Part shown: positions 1-8,172 of the stretch, piece by piece | Position numbering within the stretch: the stretch's first letter is position 1 | How the letters are laid out: each line of letters starts with the position of its first letter | UHGV virus genome: UHGV-0041117 | Length of the DNA: 64,000 nt | Source: a virus | Direction: 5' to 3' (one strand) | The notes under the pieces: generated by a model | Database searches by the model: none | What the model saw: only the letters and a program-made list of their open reading frames with translations | What the model was told of the DNA's origin: nothing | Position numbers and translations under genes: made by a program

Positions 1-1
1 G

Positions 2-580
2 GTGGAGCACGTCCCCGGTACGGCGGTTCGCCTGCACGCCCTGGACGGGCACCACTACATCTGCTTCCTGTTGCGTGAAGGGAACCCAAGCGGCGTCCCG
101 TTCCAGACGTTCGGGTTCCGCCTCACACCTGCAGAGTTGCGAGGCATCTTCAACGGGCCCGAGTCCTGCACCGAGTCTGTGTATGTCGACGACCTCGACG
201 GTTCCTCCTCGACGTTGCGCACACCTGATGCCGTTATGGCTTTGGAGCTGTCACCCGCTTCGGATGCGCCTGACTTCCGCAAGTTCTGGACGCGTCTGGA
301 TGATGCCGGCGACCCCCCCTTGCCGGATACGTCTGTCCTGCCGTTGCGGGCAGCGGAACTGTTCGATTTGCGGAAGTATTTCTCGGGGGCCTATGAGGCC
401 CCGGCGTTCGTCCGGCGCGGGCGGGAGATGACAGGCGTCATCATTTCCGGCCTGCCGTACGGTATCGACGCCCGGGGCATCGCCATGCAGATGAATGTTT
501 CTGGCTCGCAGGAGGTGTTCGACGAACACTTCGGCCCGCTCGTCCCTATTTGGCTGCTGGAGGACCGTTATGTTGTGTAA
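2..580 (+). CDS. hypothetical protein, 5'-truncated at window edge
   Basis: ORF open from base 2 with no start codon; 192 aa; stop TAA 578-580; next gene start overlaps it. Confidence 0.45.
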   Translation: MEHVPGTAVRLHALDGHHYICFLLREGNPSGVPFQTFGFRLTPAELRGIFNGPESCTESVYVDDLDGSSSTLRTPDAVMALELSPASDAPDFRKFWTRLDDAGDPPLPDTSVLPLRAAELFDLRKYFSGAYEAPAFVRRGREMTGVIISGLPYGIDARGIAMQMNVSGSQEVFDEHFGPLVPIWLLEDRYVV

Positions 581-878
581 GCTCTACCGTTTGGCCACGA
601 CCTCGCAGCCCGGGAGCCGTGGCCGCAGGCACTACTATGTGGAAGCCGTGCCGGTCCCGCCTACGCTGCAAATCCCTGCCGGGGATGACCCGGTGCAGTT
701 GCAGTGTGCCATCTGGGCGGCGTGCGATGCGTATGCAGACTTCCCGCTCATCGTCGGCTTCGACTGGCGGGAGCCCGACGGCACCCTGTCGTTCTACACG
801 GTAGACCACCCCCGTAATGACAGGCGTCTCGTGGATACGGCGGTCAAGGCGTGGTCGGAAGGCCGCCGTCTCGGATAA
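570..878 (+). CDS. hypothetical protein (~102 aa)
   Basis: ATG at 570 in ATGTTGTGTAA overlapping upstream stop; frame of ORF 495..878; no recognisable motif. Confidence 0.45.
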   Translation: MLCKLYRLATTSQPGSRGRRHYYVEAVPVPPTLQIPAGDDPVQLQCAIWAACDAYADFPLIVGFDWREPDGTLSFYTVDHPRNDRRLVDTAVKAWSEGRRLG

Positions 879-932
879 ACCTGTAACTTCGGGCAGGTTC
901 TCCCTGGGCCTGCCCGGAAAGGAGATGCACCT

Positions 933-1931
933 ATGGCAGATACTCCCCTGCAGCAATGTCTGTACGACTTCGGTGAGGTCTTCGCCGGGAAGAAGTCGGG
1001 CATAACTGTCCCCGGGTTCATGCCCCCCGCACACCCCTTGGTGCCGGAGTACAAGTCCGGGTATGCCTACCCTGAGTGGGCCCGGGACGTGTTCTCGTGG
1101 TTCATTCATAGCACGGAGCCGCTGTTCATCAGCGGCCCGACCGGCTGCGGCAAGAGCAGTTTGGTACGCCAGATAGCCAGCCGTCTGCTCTATCCTGTTT
1201 ATGAGATAACAGGTCATGCCCGGCTTGAGACGCCGGACCTCGTGGGGCACTTCGCCCTGCACGAGGGCTCGACTGTCTGGAAAGACGGCCCGCTCACGGC
1301 CGCCATGCGTAACGGCGGAATCCTGCTGCTCGACGAGGTCGACTTGCTCGACCCGAGCACAGCGACAGGGTTGAACACGGTTCTCGACGGTGCTCCCCTG
1401 TGTATCGCCGAGACGGCGGAGGTGGTGAAGCCCCATCCCGGGTTCCGTTTCATCGCCACGGCCAACACGTTCGGCAGCGGGGACGACAGCGGCCTGTATC
1501 AGGGCACGCTGCGGCTGAACGCGGCCTTCATGGACCGCTTCGTCTGCGTGGAGGCGGACTACCTGCCCGAGCCCGTGGAGGCAGACCTCATAGCCAAGCT
1601 GTGCCCTGACCTGCCGCATGATGTGCGGAAAGGTATCGTCCGCTTCGCCTCTCTCGTGCGTGGTCTGCACAAGCGGGACGACAACACGCTGGAAGCACTG
1701 GCCAAGGTCTCCGGTGCGGAGGCGTTGAACCTGCCCCTCTCGACCCGTTCGCTCTTGCGATGGGCCCGGTGGGTCACGGTGTCCAAGCCGCTGGCCAAGG
1801 CCGGTATCAACCCCACGAAGCATGCCTTGTACCGGGCCTTCGGGTTCCGGTGTGACACTATGGGCCGTCGTGTGCTGGATGAGCTCCTGCAGCGGGCGTT
1901 CGGCGAGACGACCAAGAATAAGGAGGACTAG
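933..1931 (+). CDS. CobS-like MoxR-family AAA+ ATPase
   Basis: Walker A GPTGCGKSS, Walker B ILLLDEVDLL, AAA+ sensor region; RBS AAAGGAGA 8 nt upstream of ATG; same family as aerobic cobaltochelatase CobS / phage CobS homologs. Confidence 0.85.
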   Translation: MADTPLQQCLYDFGEVFAGKKSGITVPGFMPPAHPLVPEYKSGYAYPEWARDVFSWFIHSTEPLFISGPTGCGKSSLVRQIASRLLYPVYEITGHARLETPDLVGHFALHEGSTVWKDGPLTAAMRNGGILLLDEVDLLDPSTATGLNTVLDGAPLCIAETAEVVKPHPGFRFIATANTFGSGDDSGLYQGTLRLNAAFMDRFVCVEADYLPEPVEADLIAKLCPDLPHDVRKGIVRFASLVRGLHKRDDNTLEALAKVSGAEALNLPLSTRSLLRWARWVTVSKPLAKAGINPTKHALYRAFGFRCDTMGRRVLDELLQRAFGETTKNKED

Positions 1932-1933
1932 TC

Positions 1934-2548
1934 ATGGAAGAGACCCGTATTATCAGCAGCGAGAAGCATTTCCTCGGCCTTATCTATCAGGACCCTGAAC
2001 TGTCCAACCCCCGAAAGGAGTACGACCACATCGGCGTCATGCTCTGCGTGCCGCACCGTAACTACAGGCTGGGCGACCGGCAATGCAGTGCGGACGAGAT
2101 GGCCAAGCTCGTCCGGGGCAAGGTCCATCTGCCGCTGTATCTGCTCGACCATAGCGGCGTCACCATGCGCACCACGGACTTCCGCGACCCGTGGGATAGC
2201 GGGCAGGTCGGGTACATCTATGCCGACGTGGCCGCAGCCGAGCGTCTCATGGGCCGCATCCCCAGCGAGAAGGAGCTCCGGGACATCCTGGAGAGCGAGG
2301 TGAAGGAGTATGACTGCTACCTTCGGGGGGATGTCTGGGGGTATAATATCCTCGAAGCTGACCGTGGCCATACCGTGGAGGAGGAAGACCGGGAGTGCAC
2401 GTTGGTGGATTCCTGCTGGGGCATGTACGACTACGCCAAGGAACAGGTGCTGGCCCAGCTTGCCGAGTTCGAGAAGCAGCGCAGACTCACCTACCCCCGC
2501 TGGCTCGCCCTGCCTGGGCTGAATATCGAACCCAAGGAGTTGAAGTAA
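1934..2548 (+). CDS. hypothetical protein (204 aa)
   Basis: ATG 2 nt after CobS-like stop (operon-coupled); no recognised motif. Confidence 0.6.
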   Translation: MEETRIISSEKHFLGLIYQDPELSNPRKEYDHIGVMLCVPHRNYRLGDRQCSADEMAKLVRGKVHLPLYLLDHSGVTMRTTDFRDPWDSGQVGYIYADVAAAERLMGRIPSEKELRDILESEVKEYDCYLRGDVWGYNILEADRGHTVEEEDRECTLVDSCWGMYDYAKEQVLAQLAEFEKQRRLTYPRWLALPGLNIEPKELK

Positions 2549-2561
2549 AGGAGGTACGACC

Positions 2562-3191
2562 ATGAGTTACGAGTTCTCTAATGCCGATGTGTGCATCATC
2601 CTGTCCCCCTGCGGGCTGGAGCGTTTCAACGCCATGGTGGAAGACCTCGACCCGGGCGTCCGGGATGAGGTGCTCGACATCCTGGGCAGTGCTGATGTCG
2701 AAGAGGTCGAAGACCGCGAAGGCAATGTCATGTGGCTCCTGCGTGGTACGTCCTGGGGCGCGACATGGGTAGACGGTGAGTCTGACATCCATGATTTTCT
2801 GTACGCCCAAGATAATCGTGACCACGTCCTCTACATGGTCACTTCCATCGACGGAGAGTACGGCGTCGACGATATTGATGTGGGCAATCTGGACTCCAGC
2901 TTCTACCCGGCCATCGTCAAGCATATCGGCGTGAATGACTTCGGCATGAAGCCTAGCGATGATGGCGACTCGAAGCCGAAGGAACCCGAGAAGTTCGCCC
3001 AGGTGTGGTGGACGCTCGATGATTTGCTCGGTGAACAGTGGCGCCACAATCTCACCGGCCCCTATCCCGGGGATGAGAACGGCGCTCGCCTCGTGCTCGA
3101 AGACCACGAGGAGCGCATCAGGGAGGCCATGATTGCGGCGGGCTGGGATGCCATCAATGAAATTCTGAGCGAGCTCGTGAGTGAGGAGTAA
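2562..3191 (+). CDS. hypothetical protein, paralog 1 of tandem triplicated family (209 aa)
   Basis: RBS AAGGAGG; N-terminal motif NADVCIILSPCGLERF and C-terminal AGWDAI shared with downstream paralogs. Confidence 0.6.
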   Translation: MSYEFSNADVCIILSPCGLERFNAMVEDLDPGVRDEVLDILGSADVEEVEDREGNVMWLLRGTSWGATWVDGESDIHDFLYAQDNRDHVLYMVTSIDGEYGVDDIDVGNLDSSFYPAIVKHIGVNDFGMKPSDDGDSKPKEPEKFAQVWWTLDDLLGEQWRHNLTGPYPGDENGARLVLEDHEERIREAMIAAGWDAINEILSELVSEE

Positions 3192-3195
3192 GTAT

Positions 3196-3582
3196 ATGTT
3201 GCAGCATGGATTCGATGACGCCCATGTGTGCTTCGTCCTTTCCAAGAAAGGCCAGGACCAGTTGGGTAGGTTGCTCCAGGATTTGGCTTCTTTTTCCCGC
3301 CGCGAAGAACTCGGATGTTTCCTGCGTCGTGCGGATAGAGTGGTGCAAGACTCGTGCGGGAATAAGTTGTGGTATTACTATGACGAAGATTGGACGTGCG
3401 ATGTGCCCCTGTCTAATGCGTGGTATCTGCACGGGCTTTTCACCAGTATCGACCCTGCGGATGTCTTGCTCCTGGTGGTGAACAACAACGGCGAGTTTCG
3501 CGCCGGGGAGTTATCTACGCCCCTGGCCCCGAGGGTCTGGCGGACCATCGACTTCACTATCGAGAACGTTGTGGAGGTGTAA
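3196..3582 (+). CDS. hypothetical protein, paralog 2 (short form, ~128 aa)
   Basis: RBS GAGGAG then ATG 3196 (internal M of ORF 3181..3582); N-terminal DAHVCFVLSKKGQDQL and central SID..D..GEF motifs match neighbours. Confidence 0.55.
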   Translation: MLQHGFDDAHVCFVLSKKGQDQLGRLLQDLASFSRREELGCFLRRADRVVQDSCGNKLWYYYDEDWTCDVPLSNAWYLHGLFTSIDPADVLLLVVNNNGEFRAGELSTPLAPRVWRTIDFTIENVVEV

Positions 3583-3583
3583 C

Positions 3584-4117
3584 ATGGGATACTATTCTGA
3601 CGTGTGTTTGGTGCTGTCGACGAAGGGTCTCGAAGAGCTCAACTGCCGCATTGAATCCATGGACAAAGATACGAGATTCTCTGTGGTTGCGTTGCTCGAC
3701 TACTGCAACGCATACGAAGAATACGAGGGGCTGTCCCTCTATCTTTGGACTGATATAAAATGGTACCCGAGCTATCGAGAAATCGGTGCTTTCATGGGCG
3801 CCCTTATGGATATGGATGACTCCTGGTATCGTTTCGTGGAAGTCGGGGAAGACGGCAGCGCAGAATACTTCGGAGATTTGAACAGTGTTTTTCTGCCGTA
3901 TGTGAGGCACTCCATCACCTACACGAGCATGAAGCCCGAACCCCCGAAGCAGTACGCTTCGGTGGGCTGGACTGTCGAAGACCTGACGTATATGTACGGC
4001 ATCCATGAGGATAAGGCTCGGGACATCCTGCTGGATATCGGGGAGGAACTGCATCGTGCCATGTGGCGGGCCGGTTGGGAAGTCATCGACGCGGCTATGA
4101 AGGAGCCCAAGAATTAG
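3584..4117 (+). CDS. hypothetical protein, paralog 3 (~177 aa)
   Basis: RBS GGAGG, ATG 1 nt after upstream stop; N-terminal YSDVCLVLSTKGLEEL, C-terminal W..AGWEVI matches paralog 1. Confidence 0.6.
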   Translation: MGYYSDVCLVLSTKGLEELNCRIESMDKDTRFSVVALLDYCNAYEEYEGLSLYLWTDIKWYPSYREIGAFMGALMDMDDSWYRFVEVGEDGSAEYFGDLNSVFLPYVRHSITYTSMKPEPPKQYASVGWTVEDLTYMYGIHEDKARDILLDIGEELHRAMWRAGWEVIDAAMKEPKN

Positions 4118-4126
4118 GAGGACGAC

Positions 4127-5170
4127 ATGAGCAACAACTACCTGGACAATTCTGTCTACTTGCGGCTGGAAGTTTCCATCTGGACGGGCAAGGCCCGGCT
4201 GTCCCGTGATGACATCCCCAACGCCGACGAGCTGCCGCCGGATACGCTCGCCACCCTGGGTACCAAGCGTATCTTTGACCCGGCCAAGCTGCGCCCGTTC
4301 GGAGCGCTCAAGACCAGAGCTGTCCGGGCTTGCGACCAGCATGGGGTCCGGTGCATGGGCGGGTGGATTGTCGAGACCGGCGCCGCCCAGCGGTTGGCCG
4401 CTGAGTTGCAGGTCATCCGGGACGAGTTCGACCGCACCAAGTCCCAGTTTGTTTCCGACTACGACGCCGGAGCCGACGCCTGGCTCGCGCAGTACCCGGA
4501 GTGGGCCAGTATCCTGCGCCCGGCCTTGCCCGAGTCTTATGAGTTGCACAAGCGCTTCGCCTTCCGGTGGCAGGTGCTGGAGGTCAAGCCTGTGGAGTCG
4601 CCGGAGTACGGCGGCACGGCAGCGGCCGACATCGGGGGACTTGAGGACACCGCTCTGGAGGCCGTGGCCGGGGAGGTCAAGGAGCTGCTGGGGCGTGGCT
4701 TCACCAATGAGCGTACGTCCATCACAACAAAGAGCTTGCGTCCGCTCAATGCGTTGGCAGACAAGTGCGACAACTACTCGTTCACCCGCCCCGAGATGTC
4801 GACCCTGGCCGATGTGTTCCGGGAGCTCGCCAAGTGCGAGCCCACGCCTGGCACCCTGTCCCTGGTGCGTACGACCCTCACGGCGCTGTCCACACCGGCC
4901 GGGCTCCGGTCTGTCACCTTCGGGGCCACGGCCCAGTCCATCACGAAGGGGATGACGGACCCCGCCATGATGGGGCTCGGCAGTTTCATGCCCGACCCGG
5001 AGGAAGAAGCCGCGCCGGAGCCGCTCGGCGCTATCGTCCCCCCGTCCGGCATCGTGGTCGACCCGGAGCCAGCTATGCTGCAGCAGGTACCCGTGCCCCC
5101 CGAACCGGAGGAGCCCAAGCAGGACGCCGTGGAAGGGAGCCTCAACGACATCATTTCCATGTTGATGTAG
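4127..5170 (+). CDS. hypothetical protein, possibly DUF3150-like (partner of phage CobS/CobT pairs)
   Basis: RBS AGGAGG; 347 aa; acidic Pro/Glu-rich C-terminus; family assignment is inference from gene context, not a motif I can verify. Confidence 0.55.
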   Translation: MSNNYLDNSVYLRLEVSIWTGKARLSRDDIPNADELPPDTLATLGTKRIFDPAKLRPFGALKTRAVRACDQHGVRCMGGWIVETGAAQRLAAELQVIRDEFDRTKSQFVSDYDAGADAWLAQYPEWASILRPALPESYELHKRFAFRWQVLEVKPVESPEYGGTAAADIGGLEDTALEAVAGEVKELLGRGFTNERTSITTKSLRPLNALADKCDNYSFTRPEMSTLADVFRELAKCEPTPGTLSLVRTTLTALSTPAGLRSVTFGATAQSITKGMTDPAMMGLGSFMPDPEEEAAPEPLGAIVPPSGIVVDPEPAMLQQVPVPPEPEEPKQDAVEGSLNDIISMLM

Positions 5171-5227
5171 CACCACAACTGCGGGGCATGCTTCGGCAGG
5201 CATGTCCCGCCGCATAGGAGTAGAGAG

Positions 5228-7048
5228 ATGAAACACGACCTTGCAGAAGTCGTCCTGACGTGCCGGGCCCTGTCGGCACAATATGGCGTCGATGTGTTCC
5301 CGACTGGGAAGGAAGCTTACACGACCGTCGATTCCCATGGGCGGTATGTCATCGGGGTCCCGTTCATCCCTGACATGGGGGATGGCGAATGGGCCATGCT
5401 GCGTGGGTACATCGACCACGAGTGCGGTCATGTGAAGTACACGGACATGGCCGGTTCGGACGCCGGGTTGGATGGTGTGCTCCGTAAGTATTTTGCCGGG
5501 GCCCCCACGATACGCCCGGAGGAGCGTCACTTCATGGAGCAGCAGCTTAAGCCATGGGTGCATACGGTGTGGAACATCTTCGAGGACATCCGGGTCGAAC
5601 ATCTTATGGGGCTCGACTTTCCTGGGTGTAAGTACAACTTCAAGAAGTTGGCGATAGAAGTATTCAACGAAAGCAACGCCTTAGACTCTTTGGCTGGGAT
5701 ATACAACTCCCTCTCCACCGCCTTACTCCGTGATGCGATGACGCTGTATCTGCTCTACGCAGTCCGGGCCGCAGTGGTCCCTGAGCTTCGCCCGGCCAAA
5801 GATGCCCTGAGCAAGGAACTTTATGGGGGTCTCCGGTATAGGGGCAAAAACATAGATATGGAGGTGTATGGGCGCGACATAAACGCTCTGGCTAGATTGT
5901 ATGCCTACGACCCGAAAGACTCTTTCGATGCCACGTATCAGTTTATGTTACTGGTCCGGGACTTGCTGTCTGCGTATGGAGACGACAATGACAGTGTCAG
6001 TATCAGAACGTACGCCAATTCCCTCGGGGCGTTGGATACAAAGACTGCCGGGAAGTCGAAGTCTGAACAGGACACTACCGTCAAGGTAGCCTGCGGAAAC
6101 AATGCTGCTGGTGTTGGGCGTAGCACGGACGTTTCCAGCATGACGAAGCACGAGATGTCATCGAGGGCCCTGCGGCCCGCCGGTAGTGATAAGCGAGCAC
6201 CCAGGGAGATTTCTTCCGCGCTCCAAGAATTGCAGTCTTTTCAGGCGTACGACTCGGTCGGTGAGTTCCAGGCCGGGTCTAGGGAATCTCTCTCGCGGAA
6301 GTCGCGACAGATCATGGAACTCCAGCCTGACATGGTGTCCAGTGTGGATTCCATAGCAGCATCCGCAGGAGGTCGTCTGGCAGCCGTGCTGCAGTCCGAG
6401 ACGTATCAGCGTTGCCGCTCCGGGTGGAGTGGCCGGCTCGATGGCCGTAGGCTCCACAGGGCTGGGGTCGGGGATGGGCGCGTATTCTCCCGGCGTGCCG
6501 AACGCAAGGCTCTCCATACGGAAGTCATCATTCTCTACGACGCCTCCGGCAGTATGCAGTACACGACAGTGAAGACTGGTTGGGATAACGCCGGCTATGC
6601 TGCGGTAGCTTCTTATGGACTGCTCAAGGCGCTGCGTAATATTCCGCATGTCCGTAGTGCGGTATGGACCTTCCAGAATATCGCCTGTGTGCCCATGGCC
6701 AAATTCGATATGCCCATACCGGACAAGTATTTGCGCCCTTATGGCGGCACTCCGTTAGGAGCGAGCGTGTTTCGTCTGCTCGGTGAGTACACGTCACAGC
6801 CTGACTGGCGGAAAATCTTGCTTATCATGTCCGACGGGGTTCCTGATAGTAATACGCTTTTCAGGAGTGCTCTCACTGCGGCCGAGCGTTCCGGGGTAGA
6901 GACGTATGGTATCGGTATCCGAACGGACGCCATGAATTTCTTCTTCCCGGAAGAGCGCCGTCTTGAGCTCTATGACCTCCGCAAGCTCGTGCCTGGCATG
7001 TTTACTATGATGCAACGGGCCATGCTCAAGGGGGTCCACCATGCCTAA
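5228..7048 (+). CDS. CobT-like von Willebrand factor A (vWA) domain protein
   Basis: 606 aa; C-terminal vWA with MIDAS-like VIILYDASGSMQ and LIMSDGVPD motifs; classic partner of CobS-like ATPase. Confidence 0.8.
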   Translation: MKHDLAEVVLTCRALSAQYGVDVFPTGKEAYTTVDSHGRYVIGVPFIPDMGDGEWAMLRGYIDHECGHVKYTDMAGSDAGLDGVLRKYFAGAPTIRPEERHFMEQQLKPWVHTVWNIFEDIRVEHLMGLDFPGCKYNFKKLAIEVFNESNALDSLAGIYNSLSTALLRDAMTLYLLYAVRAAVVPELRPAKDALSKELYGGLRYRGKNIDMEVYGRDINALARLYAYDPKDSFDATYQFMLLVRDLLSAYGDDNDSVSIRTYANSLGALDTKTAGKSKSEQDTTVKVACGNNAAGVGRSTDVSSMTKHEMSSRALRPAGSDKRAPREISSALQELQSFQAYDSVGEFQAGSRESLSRKSRQIMELQPDMVSSVDSIAASAGGRLAAVLQSETYQRCRSGWSGRLDGRRLHRAGVGDGRVFSRRAERKALHTEVIILYDASGSMQYTTVKTGWDNAGYAAVASYGLLKALRNIPHVRSAVWTFQNIACVPMAKFDMPIPDKYLRPYGGTPLGASVFRLLGEYTSQPDWRKILLIMSDGVPDSNTLFRSALTAAERSGVETYGIGIRTDAMNFFFPEERRLELYDLRKLVPGMFTMMQRAMLKGVHHA

Positions 7049-7262
7049 GAGGTACAACCGCAACAAGGACATGGACAAGTACATCCGCTCTCTGCTGGCC
7101 AGGGGATGGGTGTATATCAGCGGCAACAAGCACCACAAACTGGAGGCCCCTTCGGGGGCCCTGGTGATATTCCCCACATCGACGCGCCCTGGGGTGTACA
7201 GCAGGGCGCTCCAGAATATCAAGGCCCAGGTCAAACGGGCCGAAGGAGGGTATGATGCCTGA
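7041..7262 (+). CDS. HicA-like (YcfA family) putative mRNA interferase toxin
   Basis: 73 aa; ARGWVYISGNKHHKLEAPSGALVIFPTSTRPGVYSRALQNIKAQV fits the HicA pattern GW..GSHH..P.H...G.L..IlKQ; ATG overlaps cobT-like stop (ATGCCTAAG). Confidence 0.6.
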   Translation: MPKRYNRNKDMDKYIRSLLARGWVYISGNKHHKLEAPSGALVIFPTSTRPGVYSRALQNIKAQVKRAEGGYDA

Positions 7263-7455
7263 GCTCAAGCGTCGGTTCTGGGCACTCTTCGAGCAGCATC
7301 ACATGGACTTCTACCCTGAGCGCCGGGAGTTCGCCGTACGCTGGATGGAGCGGGCCAGAGACAGGATGGACATGGGTGAGGATGAGCAGGCGGCGGTCGA
7401 TGCCGCGCTCGAATTGGTCAGACAGGGTGTCGAAGTGGTTGACACCCGAAGTTAA
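7252..7455 (+). CDS. small acidic helical protein, candidate antitoxin partner of the HicA-like gene
   Basis: 67 aa; ATGATGCCTGA overlap with HicA-like stop (toxin-first order as in hicAB); no HicB RNase-H-like signature seen. Confidence 0.45.
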   Translation: MMPELKRRFWALFEQHHMDFYPERREFAVRWMERARDRMDMGEDEQAAVDAALELVRQGVEVVDTRS

Positions 7456-7463
7456 ATGTTAGA
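7439..7463 (+). promoter_or_regulatory. sigma70-like promoter candidate (TTGACA -35 within GTTGACACC)
   Basis: TTGACA 7439-7444, weak -10 (GATGAT/TAGATG) about 17 bp downstream; GTTGACACC recurs at 15925. Confidence 0.3.
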
Positions 7464-7492
7464 TGATGCGACGTAAGCGATTTACGTCGCAT
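7464..7492 (+). promoter_or_regulatory. perfect 12-bp stem-loop at operon boundary / 5'-UTR of next gene
   Basis: GATGCGACGTAA-GCGAT-TTACGTCGCATC; no U-tract, followed by RBS AGGAGG of gene 7512. Confidence 0.4.
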
Positions 7493-7511
7493 CACCATTA
7501 GGAGGTTCTTT

Positions 7512-8114
7512 ATGGGCTACACCAAGGAAGAAATCGCGGCTATGAGTCCACTCGAGCAGATGACCAAGGTCATCCTGCCCGCACTGTTGAAGAGGCTCTT
7601 GACTGTCGAGGAGCGTCTCAATGCGCTCCCGGATGGCGAGGAGCTCGCCCAATTGAAGCAGCGCGTGGATGCGCTGGAGAAAGAACTCGCCGGGCTCAAG
7701 GAAGCTGCGCCGAAGAAGCGTGCCCCCCGCAAGAAGAAGGGCGAAGACGCACCGGCCCCCGTGGCCACGGCCGAACCTGCGCCGGCCCCCACGCAGCTTC
7801 CCCCCACGCCTCCGGTTGACGGTGCCCTGCCGCCGGAGCCGGAGCCGACCATCATGTTCACGTACGACTCTGACGCGGATGAGTTCCGCCCCATCATTGC
7901 CTATGGGCATGAGCTCACCGGCGAGACGGTGGCCATGGCCAGGTACGCTCTGGCTATGTGCAAGAACAACGTGGATGAGGCCGCTGCCGTCTCGCAGCTT
8001 TCTGCCGAGTTCGTGCGTTACGCCGGGAAGCTCGACATCGAGAAGCGCCGTATCCTGGGAGCCAAGTTCCCAGTGGCGACGCAGAGCATCGCACCTTACC
8101 TGCTGACGGAATAG
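7512..8114 (+). CDS. hypothetical protein with coiled-coil N-terminus and Pro/Ala-rich linker
   Basis: RBS AGGAGG; 200 aa. Confidence 0.6.
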   Translation: MGYTKEEIAAMSPLEQMTKVILPALLKRLLTVEERLNALPDGEELAQLKQRVDALEKELAGLKEAAPKKRAPRKKKGEDAPAPVATAEPAPAPTQLPPTPPVDGALPPEPEPTIMFTYDSDADEFRPIIAYGHELTGETVAMARYALAMCKNNVDEAAAVSQLSAEFVRYAGKLDIEKRRILGAKFPVATQSIAPYLLTE

Positions 8115-8172
8115 GGCATTCACGAACATGTAGACTGGGGGGGCTGGACAAGCCCCCCGTAAAGGAGCGAGC

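Noticed and set aside
546-1823. Long antisense ORFs overlapping well-supported genes: 546..1823(-) over cobS, 3557..5602(-), 16665..19292(-) over the primase, 25137..27584(+) over the 1242-aa gene, 38670..40811(+), and others
   Set aside because: Their composition is typical of spurious ORFs in >60% GC DNA (Arg/Pro/Gly-rich, no RBS, no motifs), and the opposite-strand genes carry clear catalytic motifs and RBS-coupled starts.
8115-8172. G-rich hairpin (GGGGGGCT-GGACA-AGCCCCCC) upstream of polA as a terminator
   Set aside because: It has no U-tract and lies 15 nt from the polA RBS; it is more likely a 5'-UTR structure, and the evidence is too weak to call a feature.
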